In this document: piece by piece, positions 53,633-64,000 of the stretch
Layout of the letters: the number at the start of each line of letters is the position of its first letter
How positions within the stretch are numbered: the first letter of the stretch is position 1
Assembly (NCBI GenBank): GCA_012295275.1
Contig: CM022667.1
Location: 13,578,001-13,642,000, forward strand
Source of the DNA: Chrysomallon squamiferum
Lineage: Eukaryota; Animalia; Mollusca
Reading direction: 5' to 3'
Length of the DNA: 64,000 nt
Position numbers and translations under genes: made by a program
The notes under the pieces: generated by a model
Seen by the model: the letters and a program-made list of their open reading frames with translations, nothing else
What the model was told of the DNA's origin: nothing
The model's database searches: none

Positions 53633-54834
53633 CATCATCATCATCATCATCATCCTCATCACAGATGCAAAAAGACAACGACGTGGATTAAAAATCCTAG
53701 TTTTAAGAATGTTGATATAACCAAGGCTCTCATATCTTCTGCTGAAAGAATAACATCACAGGCGTATTGTGGGATACGATGCTTACATAATTCTTCCTGT
53801 GTTTGGTTTTCGTACAACGTGTATGGAACTTGTCGTCTGCATTATTTGAGATTTATGAATCCAACAAGCTTTTCACTTTCACCTGGCTGGACGCACTTTT
53901 ACCTTAGTGCAGGTACAAACACACACACGCACACACACACAAACACACGCACACATACACATAAAAAATACCTTAAATTCATTAAACACACACACACACA
54001 CAGACAATATTAATAATAAGAAAACAAAAACGTATTATTGTAAATATATTTGTAGGATTGTAAAGAAATTTATAGAACTATTCTTGTAACAAAAATTAGT
54101 CGATATATGACATTACTGTAAGGATTATTCTTAATTCTGAAAACGAATTACTATTTTAAAACTATAAAATTATTACAGGTTCCTGTCCAGTGGAAGATGG
54201 GTTTGTTTATCTGGACAAACTGAATCTATGTTTCAAAGTATTCACCGATCAGAAAAATTTTTCTGAAGCACGTGACGCCTGCAGTCAGATAGGTTCAAGA
54301 CTGATTTCACTGGACACGGAAGAGAAAAACACAGCTGTTGGTAACTACATAGCAGCAAACTTAGGTAGGAACATAAATATTGATATACAACTACTACTAC
54401 ACTATAATCAACTATTTGATTTACTTTGACAAAAAAAACTTCGGTAATAAATACGGTATTTTTTTACCAGTTGTAAGTAAATGCATTTTCAATTAATCAT
54501 TATTATTATTATTGTTATTATTATTATTGTTGTTGTTGTTGTTGTTGTTGTTTTTTTTCGTTGTCGATGTTTTTATTGTCGGAATTTTTATTATTTCTGT
54601 TATTATTATTCAGTCACAAATCTGTTTTTATACATCGGACTGACTGATGAAGTTACAGAAGACGTGTATGTTTGGCAGAACGGAGTTCAGGCAGTGTTTT
54701 TCAGCTGGGCACCCGGTGAACCTCACAGTAATAATCTGAACGAGGACTTTGTTATGTTACGTTTACAATGGAACACATGGCATGATATGACCGGTTCTAC
54801 AATAGGAGATTACATTTGTGAGAAACCAATGTGA
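53262..54834 (+). CDS. Complete secreted PAN-CTL protein, subfamily C copy C2 (238 aa predicted)
   Basis: Exon 1 is 53262-53323 (MHYSPFILLVAFVICSHGNE, ag|gtatgt). Exon 2 is 53665-53912, exon 3 is 54179-54364 and exon 4 is 54614-54834 (EPH, WHD). The 717-nt spliced frame is open. Confidence 0.9.
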
Positions 54835-56476
54835 TCTTCTGTATTGCAGATGACACTAACAAAACCAGTTCATTCATTTTTTAATCTTTTACGATCCAGT
54901 AATTTATAAATTGTGTCGTCAATCATGATTATTATGACGATTCTGATGGTTATGATGTGGTTGATTAAAATAAAATAGTTGTCTAAAACAGAGTTACTCA
55001 TTCCTTCATCAAAATGTTTCATCGCCAAGAGCATTTCATGAATTAAAAATTCAGAGCAGGAATAGTTGTAGTTCAGAAGCAACAATTAATTAATTACATT
55101 TCTAGTGTTCCTGCTCTACTAAAAACATGTCAACTTAAACAGCAAAAAATGTAAGTAAATTATTTGTAACGTTGTCAGTTACTTCCGATTACTTTAAACG
55201 TAACCCGATGGTAAGTAGGAAATAATCAGCACTTGTTTCCATCATTTTATAATTAAATCAAACATTTAGTCAAGGAACGTTATTCAGAAGTAAAATAAAT
55301 GTAATTAAACTTTGAAATCGTTAATGTCAAAAGAAACATGACAAATGGATGTAAAGAAAATTACAATTACAAACGATAGTTTATTTATTTACATATGGCA
55401 AAATAGAAAGTAGCAATGATGACCTTAGTAAAAGGTAGTAAATCGATACATACTGAAGCAAAGAAACAAAGAGAAACCGTGGAAAAACAAACATATCTGT
55501 TTCTAGTACTACAATTACAACTGCAACTACTACAAATAGTAATAGTACTACTACTAATAATCCATATTTTTATGGAAACATTATATTTTCTAATACAAGA
55601 ACAAAAGTATATATGAAAAAAAAAAATGTATCCCATTATAGATGATTAATAATAACGATAACAACATGAGCACCATGCATATATTGATGGAATATGTATC
55701 TTATCAAATTTATTTATTTATTCAAGCAGACATCCGAATAAATTTCATAATCGTTACAGGTAAGAAAACACAACAACGACAACAGCAACCATAAAACAAG
55801 CGACACTAAATTAAAATAAATACAGGAGGAAAAGAAACACCAAAAAAAAAAAAAAAAAAAAAAAAAGAGAGAGAGAGAAAAGTAACAGAGAAAAATAATA
55901 TTTGAAATACAATAAATTAATAAAATCACATTTCAGACAATTGAATGCGGTGAAACCAAATATCGGTTTACATTGATTCATACATTTACACCTCTATCTG
56001 CATGATTAAAAATTAAATTTCAAGCAAGAACTGTGAATATAATTATTTGCTGTTTTGTTTGTTGAGATGTTTGTAGATATAACGGTACCATATTCTATGT
56101 AATAAAAATGTATTTAGTAAGTACATTTATTGATTATCAGTTACAATCAAATGGTTTTGAATGTAGTCATCAAAAATTAAACTAAATGTTTTGAGCGTAA
56201 AGCTGTTCTGTTGACATTTTTTATGTCGTTATTTTTCCCCATTCTCTGAGTTTTTGCTAAAGTATTTTTTGACGGTTTTGGTTATTTAGATGCTATTAGA
56301 ACTCATATTTGATACTCATTATTAGCCAAACTTTCACATAGTTTCATTTGTTATATTATGGTGAACTGACAGTTATAAGTAGAAAACTTTACAGTTAAAA
56401 TGAAAAGCTTTCTGATCTGTCGTTATAAAATAAAACCAAACTAAATAGAAATTAACTTTTCATTGTTTTTCTTCTT

Positions 56477-56560
<84 letters not shown>

Positions 56561-57754
56561 TTTAAAAGGAAAAGTTATATTTATCTTATACAAAATAAAA
56601 GTGTATACGAAAATAAAAATAAATTCGCCTTCTAGAAACAGGAGAAACATTCACATATTCACTTCTAGTAGGAAATTAGAATTATATAAAATGTATTTAC
56701 TTCAGCAGTCTTCCGAGTTAATTGCAGATATCTGAGTTAAATTGATTTATATATCTTCAGAGGTAAAAACTCTACAACAATAACAATAGCAAAAACAAAT
56801 TACACTAAAGAAAAATAAATTAAAATAAATAAAGCAGCATCAACCAACATAAAAAAAATAATAATAAAAAAACAAAACAAAAAAAAAAACATCCATGAAT
56901 AAAGAAGCAAATAAAAAATTTAATAATTGGATTTTAAAAAAATAATCATAATAAAAAATATAAATACATGAACAAAAAATAATAATAAAAACGAGCAAAC
57001 TAAGAAAGAAACAAACAAAAACAACAACAAAAAAAAAAAAAAAATTAATAAATAAAAGGCAAAACAACAACAGCAACGGAAAACAAGGAAGGAAAGAAAT
57101 TCCCATAACCAGTATAAAATTACATTTGATGCAACTGACTGCTGTCAAACCAAATATCGGTTTACACTGATTCATTGATTTTCTATACATTTACACCTCT
57201 TTCTGCATGATTAAAAATTAAATTTCAAGCATGAACTTTGAATATAGCTCACTTGCTCTGTTGTTTATTAAAATATCTGTAGTTATAACAGTACCATATA
57301 CTATATAACAAATGTATTGAGTAAAATTATCATTATCATGGCAAAGAAGCTGTTCCTGTTGCAGTTGTTACTTTTGTTGTCCCTGATGCTGATGTTCTTT
57401 TAGTCGTTGTCATCCTGGGGATCTGTTTCGTACTTTCATTTATTGATTATCATGATTAAAAATTAAATTCCAGTTGTGAGTTTTGAATACTAATGACTTG
57501 CTCTGTTGTTCATTGAAATATATGTAGTTATAACAGTACCATATACTACATAAAAAATGTGTTTTCTGTGTATCATCATTAACAACAAGTTAGAAATTAT
57601 TAATTTTTCTTGTGTTTATTTATTCATTTTACATTTTTTATTGTCATGGGCACCAATACTATATAAGAAAAAAATAGTCACTATAATAATTACCATAATA
57701 TTAATCACGATCGTTGATATCAACAGAGTAAAGCTGACAGCACACAACCGTGAA

Positions 57755-58318
57755 ATATAGAAGTATGCACTAATATTTATTTAATCACCACACACAAACG
57801 TGTACTGAATATAGCAGTATGCACGAATGTTTATTTAATCACCACACACAAACGTGTACTGAATATAGCAGTATGCACGAATATTTATTTAATCACCACA
57901 CACAAACGTGTACTGAATATAGCAGTATGCACTAATATTTATTTAATCACCACACACAAACGTGTACTGAATATAGCAGTATGCACGAATGTTTATTTAA
58001 TCACTATACACAAACGTATACTGAATATAGCAGTATGCACGAATGTTTATTTAATCACCACACACAAACGTGTACTGAATATAGCAGTATGCACGAATAT
58101 TTATTTAATCACTACATATACAGTAAAACGTGTACTGAATATAGCAGTATGCACGAATGAATATTTAATTAATCACACACACAAACGTGTACTGAATATA
58201 GCAGTATGCACGAATGTTTATTTAATCACCACACACAAACGTGTACTGAATATAGCAGTATGCACGAATATTTATTTAATCACCATACACAAACGTGTAC
58301 TGAATATAGCAGTATGCA
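57755..58318. repeat. 54-bp minisatellite, ~10 copies
   Basis: Unit AAACGTGTACTGAATATAGCAGTATGCACGAATGTTTATTTAATCACCACACAC repeated head-to-tail (e.g. 57796, 57850). Confidence 0.95.
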
Positions 58319-58725
58319 GATAAAATAATACCATCCAGATAAAGAAAGACACAGTATAGTACGAATTATTATACTGGTCAGTTTGATTGAAATTATTATT
58401 ATCGTCATCATAGTTATCATCGTCATCATCATCATCATCAATCTGGTTGTTAAATTTCACATTGTCATATTGTCTAACCCTTTGTTTTCAAGTTTTTGCG
58501 GAGCATTTTGATTCTGTTTTTGTTCTTTGTTTCTATGTTGTTGTTCTTTTTTTGGAGGGGGGTTTTGTGGGTTTTTTTCAGACAGATGCAGGAGTAAAAG
58601 TCACGTGTTGTTCAAATTAGGATATCAGTCTCTATTATCATTCTAAAAATACATGTGGTTCTCCAGAAATATTTCCTACTTAATATTTGGATTAAGAGGT
58701 AAGTAGGAAATAGTTTTGGAGAAGT

Positions 58726-58726
<1 letters not shown>

Positions 58727-58800
<74 letters not shown>
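58727..58800. repeat. (CA)n microsatellite; representative of many STRs, e.g. (AAT)n 1192-1277, (TAC)n 21805-21900, (GA)n 51826-51880, (CT)n 62452-62543
   Basis: Directly visible. Confidence 0.95.
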
Positions 58801-59504
58801 TATTAACTAGATGTTGTATTATTGCAGATGCATCCGTTCGCCTCTGTGGTTTAAAAATCTAAATTTTAACGATGTCGAGGTAATTATGTAATTAAATAAA
58901 TCAGTTAGTGGGGGTATATTTTCATTTACGTAAATGATAATCATTTAGAACTGATTTTTGGTTTTGTTTTACAATTTTATGAGTTTCAAACCTAAAGCTG
59001 TATCGAATGTGTGTGATATAATTGAACAGAGAAACAGCAGCAGCAAGAACAACAACAATAATAATATAGTTAAAGAAGTAAAAACAAAATAATTAAAACA
59101 AAACAAAATATCTAACTGCAAAGCATATGCATCTGTTACACTGCTATAGCAACGCTTTTGTTCGATTTAAGTGTTTTTTATCAGATCACTTCTACAACAA
59201 GAACAGACTTTCCTTGTAAAACGAACAAACGATTATTTATTTGTTTATTTATTTACTTATTTTTGGTTTGTTTAACGAGTTGTTTTTGTTTTGTTTTATT
59301 AAATTTTATTTCAATGTAGTTCATATAACGAAACAGCCGATCGAACTATATTTGTATTGCTTTTTGGATTTCAACAGAGAAGTATTATTATACAATTATC
59401 TTTCACTTAAAAATGAATAATTGAAAATGAAAAACTGTAGATTACCATTCGAAACGAATGCGAATTCTTTATACACGTTTCTGTGTCTGACGTTTGGTGT
59501 TAGT

Positions 59505-60965
59505 ACAGATTATTCGTAATACCTTATAATCCCATTTAATGTCAGGAAAATACAGCTAGCTGTGTGGTAGTGATAAATGGTTGCAGGGGAGGCAATGGCC
59601 GAAGGGAATTAACTCTAGTTGACTAGCCTTTACAATATAAGCGACATACACAAAAAACACCAAGCGTCATTTCAGCCACGACGGGAAAACATTTATTTGC
59701 TTTTTTCATCCATTGCCATCCAGCCTTTTTTCAATTAGAAAAACGGCTGATATTGTCTGAAAAAAGAAAGAAAATGAAAGTGTCTGCCCAGAAAAATGTA
59801 GGCAGATCGAAGCGAAGGATCAACCAACCTTCTCGTTTTTTGACGATCGAGCCGTCTCAACAGCGAAAACGAAGACAAAGGGCCATGGATGATTCCACGA
59901 TTGTTTCAGAATGGAACGACGGGTGGAAAACAGTCAGTCGGATACTGGCAATTTTAACTTGAGTACGTAGATATTTTGTCTCCGTCATTAATAGTCGTTA
60001 CATTTGACGAGATAGGGCTGAGTGTATCGCAAAAGAATGGCGGCAAATAATTTAGGATGGGGAACATGTTGACGTGTATAAGTCCAGCCAGGAAATGGAA
60101 GCAAGTCAGGGTGGCGTAGGCGACCTCCTATTGAAGGACAGAAAACTAGTGGTCAAAAACAGGGAAAATGGAGGTTGTTTTACATCAGTCCACCCGTAGA
60201 CGTCGGCTGTCATGACTTTTATGTGTCTTACTGGACGCTCAACAACTCTTGACTTTCTTTAACGGATGTTAGGATGTTAGCCGACAGAAGCAGTTCATGG
60301 CCATGTTATTATGAACAATTCCAAATAAGAAAAGGCCAAACTTCTGGAAAATTCATTGTGAGGGGGGTTAACAGACAATGAGCTTTGGTTGCTGTCCATG
60401 TCAGGAATAAGGGGTAGTGGAAAAGCTGGAGCACATGAGAAAGGTTCTGGTGTCTCCACTATGGCCAGTTCCTGTGGATCACTTAGAACATTTCACTGCT
60501 TTCTTGTCATTAGAGCAATTAGCCCCACCTACTATAAAAACGTATATTAGTGGGATCAGTAGATGGCAAACATTAAGGGCGATGGGGTTTCTACAAGGTA
60601 TTTTTATTTCATAATTTTTAGTACACACATGCAACCCTATCATTTTCTCAATTTTGGAGAAAATTATGGCTCCAATATCTATTATTTCTTTATCAGTTTG
60701 AAGCCGATTTATTTGAAACCCTTTTCAAAATGGCGGTCTTTGCATTTTTACAGGTGGGAGATATAATAGCCAGAACACCAGCGGACAATTCGAACAGAAC
60801 ATTTGCGGATGTTGACTTCAAGATTAGAACAAGAAAAACGACCCTACCAGCTGAAACTTCTCATAAGGAAATCGAACAATGATCAAAGAGGTAATGGCTA
60901 TCTACTGTATCTCTACAGTTTCGCAGATGAAAACGTCTGAAACTGTTGTAGTTATTCAGAGAGAT
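59505..60965 (+). mobile_element. DIRS-type remnant copy 3 (within duplication ~59430-61700 of ~48345-50650)
   Basis: Same gag/YR fragments and same internal deletion as 48420-49920; ORF 60417-60614. Confidence 0.8.
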
Positions 60966-61408
60966 TAATATTTGTATACATCGGACTTATTTTTGCGATT
61001 TCTCGTGAAACTCAGATGCTAATCAGCTGTGATGCCAAGGTTCCCAGTCTGCAACTGCCCTAATTAAAGCATCTCTTACGATTTTTGCATTGTTTATGTT
61101 GACATGTTTTTAATAGAGCAGAAACACTGAAACTTTAATTAATTAATTTTAGCTCTTGAACTACGACTATTCCTGCTCTGAATTTTTAATTCATGAAATG
61201 CTCTTGACGACGAAACATTTTGATGAAGGAATGAGTAACTCTGTTTTAGACACCTATTTTATTTTAATAAACCACATCATATCCATCAGAGTCATCATTG
61301 TATCTGAATTGATAAATTACTGATTCATTGAAGATTTAAAAAATGAATGATGTGATATTGTTAGTTTCATTGTAACAGTATCTGATTTGGATTCAATATT
61401 ATAGAAAA

Positions 61409-62051
61409 TCACATTGGTTTCTCACAAAGGTAATTTTCTTTTTTAGAACACAAGACATCGTGCCATGTGTTTAAAGGAAAACGTAACATAACACAGTCCT
61501 CGTTACCGTTACTATTGTGAGGTTCATTGGTTCCCCAATTGAAAAACACTAAATGATTTCTGTCCTCCCAAACATACACGTCTTCTGTAACAGCATCAGT
61601 CAGTCCGATGTATAAATATTCACTTGTGTCTTAATAACAATAACAGAACTAATAAAAATACCAATGAAAATAAAAACAGAGACACCCACAACAACAACAA
61701 AAACAACAATAACAATAATAATAATAACGATAATAAGAACAATTCCTGGAAAATGTATTTAGTTACAACTAGCAAAAAATACCGTATTTATTATAGAAGC
61801 TTTTGTTGTCAAGTAAATGAAATAGTTGTAGATTTATCAGTAGTAGTTCAATAGTTATCTTCCTACTATGTTTGCTTGTATGTGGTCACCAATAGCAGTG
61901 TTTTTCTCTTCTGTGTCCAGTACAATCAGTCTTGAACCTATCTGACTGCAGGCGTCACGTGCTTCAGAAAATGTTTTCTGATCACTGAACACTTTGAAAC
62001 ATAGATTCAGTTTGTCCAGATAAACAAACCCATCTCCCACTGGACAGGAAC
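61409..62051 (-). pseudogene. 5'-truncated PAN-CTL subfamily D copy D2 (exons 3-4 only)
   Basis: Exon 3 (62051-61867) lacks the final G before the donor (ata|gtagga, 185 nt, frameshift). Exon 4 (61629-61409) is open with EPH and WHD. No exon 2 lies between it and D3. Confidence 0.8.
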
Positions 62052-62448
62052 CTGTCAGGAAATGATAATAATTGCTAAAAAGTTTTTAAAATAATAATTA
62101 GTTTTCCTTTGTATAACTTTTGTAATCTCCCAAAGATTTCAATTTTTGATGAGTTTATTTATTAACATTCGACACTATCTGATAATCAACAAATATAAAA
62201 ACAAAAAAACTGGAAGTCAGCTTTATTCTGTTGATATCAACTTCCAAAGACATTACAACAAAGTGTTTTCTTCTGGATCATCTATTAAACAAAACTGTGC
62301 ATAGTCAAGTATTCCATTTCACTGCCTTTCTCTCTGTATGACTTGTTTGATACATGACTATTGGAACGTGTGACTATACGACATAAAGCTGTATATTGTC
62401 AGAAATCAATGTGATGACAATGGTAACAATGGTAATGACAACAACAGG

Positions 62449-62538
<90 letters not shown>

Positions 62539-63747
62539 CTCTCTGGCTCTGTTAGCAAATTCGTGAATTGGTTTCACAGCAGTCAATTGTCTCAAATGTG
62601 ATTTTATGATTTAATTTAATTTAATTTAATTTTATTTATTTTTATTACTTTTTGTCGATGAGTTTAATTTTTGAATTATTATTCTTCCGTTTAACTTTTT
62701 TTCTCTCTGTCTAGTTACTTTTATATGTCTTTCTTCTTTATGATATGTCTATTTTAATTTAATTTACTTTAGTGTCGCTTTTTGTTATGATTGTGTTTGC
62801 CGTTGTCGTTGTTGCGTTTTCTCACCTGTGAAGATTATGAAATTTATTCGGATGCCTACTTAAAAATAAATACATTTGATAAAATACAAATTCCCTGATG
62901 GAGTTGAATATAAGCAGGTTGTTGAGGTTCTCATCCTTATTATTAATAATCTAGAACGGGATATATGTTTTTCGTATATACCTTTATTCTTGTATGAGAA
63001 AATATAATGTTTCCTTTAAATATGTTTCATTAGTAATAGTACTATTACTATTTGTAGTAGTACTTGTTGTCGTGGTCGTTGTTGCTCTTCTAATTGTTTG
63101 TTTTTGCTGGGGTTTTGTTTGTTTCTTTGTTTCATTATGTATCGATTTACTGTTCATAGTTACTTTCTATGTTCCATATGTAAATGTATAAACTATCATT
63201 TGTTAATTGTAATTTTCATTACATCCATATCTTTTGTAATTAACGATTTCAAAACTTAATTACATTTATTTTAGTTCTGAGTAACCTTTCTTGATTAAAA
63301 GTTTGATTTAATTGTAAATTCATGGAAACAAGTCCCTACTTACAACCGGGTTACGTTTAAAGTAATCGTAGGTAACAGACAACGTTACAAGGAATTTACT
63401 TACGTTTTTTGCACTGTTTATGTTGACTTGTTTTTAGCAGAGCAGAAACACTGAAATGTGAATTAATTAATTGTAGATTTTTAACTATAACTATTCCTGC
63501 TCTGAATTTTTAATTCATGATATGCTCTTGACGAGGAAACATTTTGATGGAGGAATGAGTAACTCTGTTTTAGACAACTATTTTATTTTAATCAACCTCA
63601 TCATAACATCAGAATCATCATAATAAGCATGTTTGTCGTCAGAATTTATAAATTACTGATTCATTAAAGATTAAAAAAAAAAAAAAAATCTGATTTGTTA
63701 GTTTCATCTGTAACATGTATCAGATTGTGATTCAATAATACAACAAA

Positions 63748-63968
63748 TCACATTGGTTTCTCACAAATGTAATTTTCTTTTGTATAACACAAGAAATCAT
63801 GCCATGTGTTCAAAGGAAAACGTAACATAACACAGTCCTCGTCAAAAAGATTATCATGTGGTTCATTGGTTCCCCAATTGAAAAACAGTGCCTGATTTCC
63901 GTCCTCCCAAACATAAATGCCTTCTTTAACAGCATCAGTCAGTCCGATGAATATATATTCACCTGTTT
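63748..63968 (-). CDS. Terminal exon 4 of subfamily D copy D3 (gene continues beyond window)
   Basis: TGEYIFIGLTDAVKEGIYVWEDGNQALFFNWGTNEPHDNLFDEDCVMLRFPLNTWHDFLCYTKENYICEKPM*, with a cag acceptor and all Cys/Trp intact. Confidence 0.85.
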
Positions 63969-64000
63969 CTGAATAACAATAAGAGAAATAATAAAAATAC

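Noticed and set aside
57755-58318. CRISPR-like array
   Set aside because: Units are contiguous tandem copies with no unique spacers, there are no cas genes, and the context is eukaryotic.

Overview
AT-rich, microsatellite-dense eukaryotic DNA, probably from an invertebrate and possibly a mollusc (taxon is inference only). There is a 200-N scaffold gap at 7856-8055. The window is a tandem/inverted cluster of 4-exon genes encoding small secreted proteins: signal peptide (exon 1), PAN/apple-like domain (exon 2, always 248 nt) and a long-form C-type lectin domain split over exon 3 (177/186 nt) and exon 4 (218/221 nt). I sort the copies into subfamilies A-D (my labels). About 5 copies have open exons 2-4, one more intact exon 4 runs off the window end, and more than 10 are pseudogenes or orphan exons. 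The cluster is built from a ~16 kb inverted duplication (8056-24489 vs ~33025-49110), a near-identical ~7.9 kb direct copy (1-7855 vs 34985-42901) and smaller duplications. It also holds three remnants of an internally deleted DIRS-type tyrosine-recombinase retroelement. The strongest signal is antibody-like hypervariability in the ligand-binding exon 4. Manual codon counts give 15 nonsynonymous vs 2 synonymous differences (B1/B2) and 31 vs 3 (C1/C2), clustered in the Ca2+/sugar-site loops. The sugar motifs vary as EPS/EPD/EPN/QPN/EPH and WGD/WAD/WHD. This looks like a diversifying PAN-CTL recognition-lectin repertoire. Most entries in the supplied ORF track are microsatellite noise.
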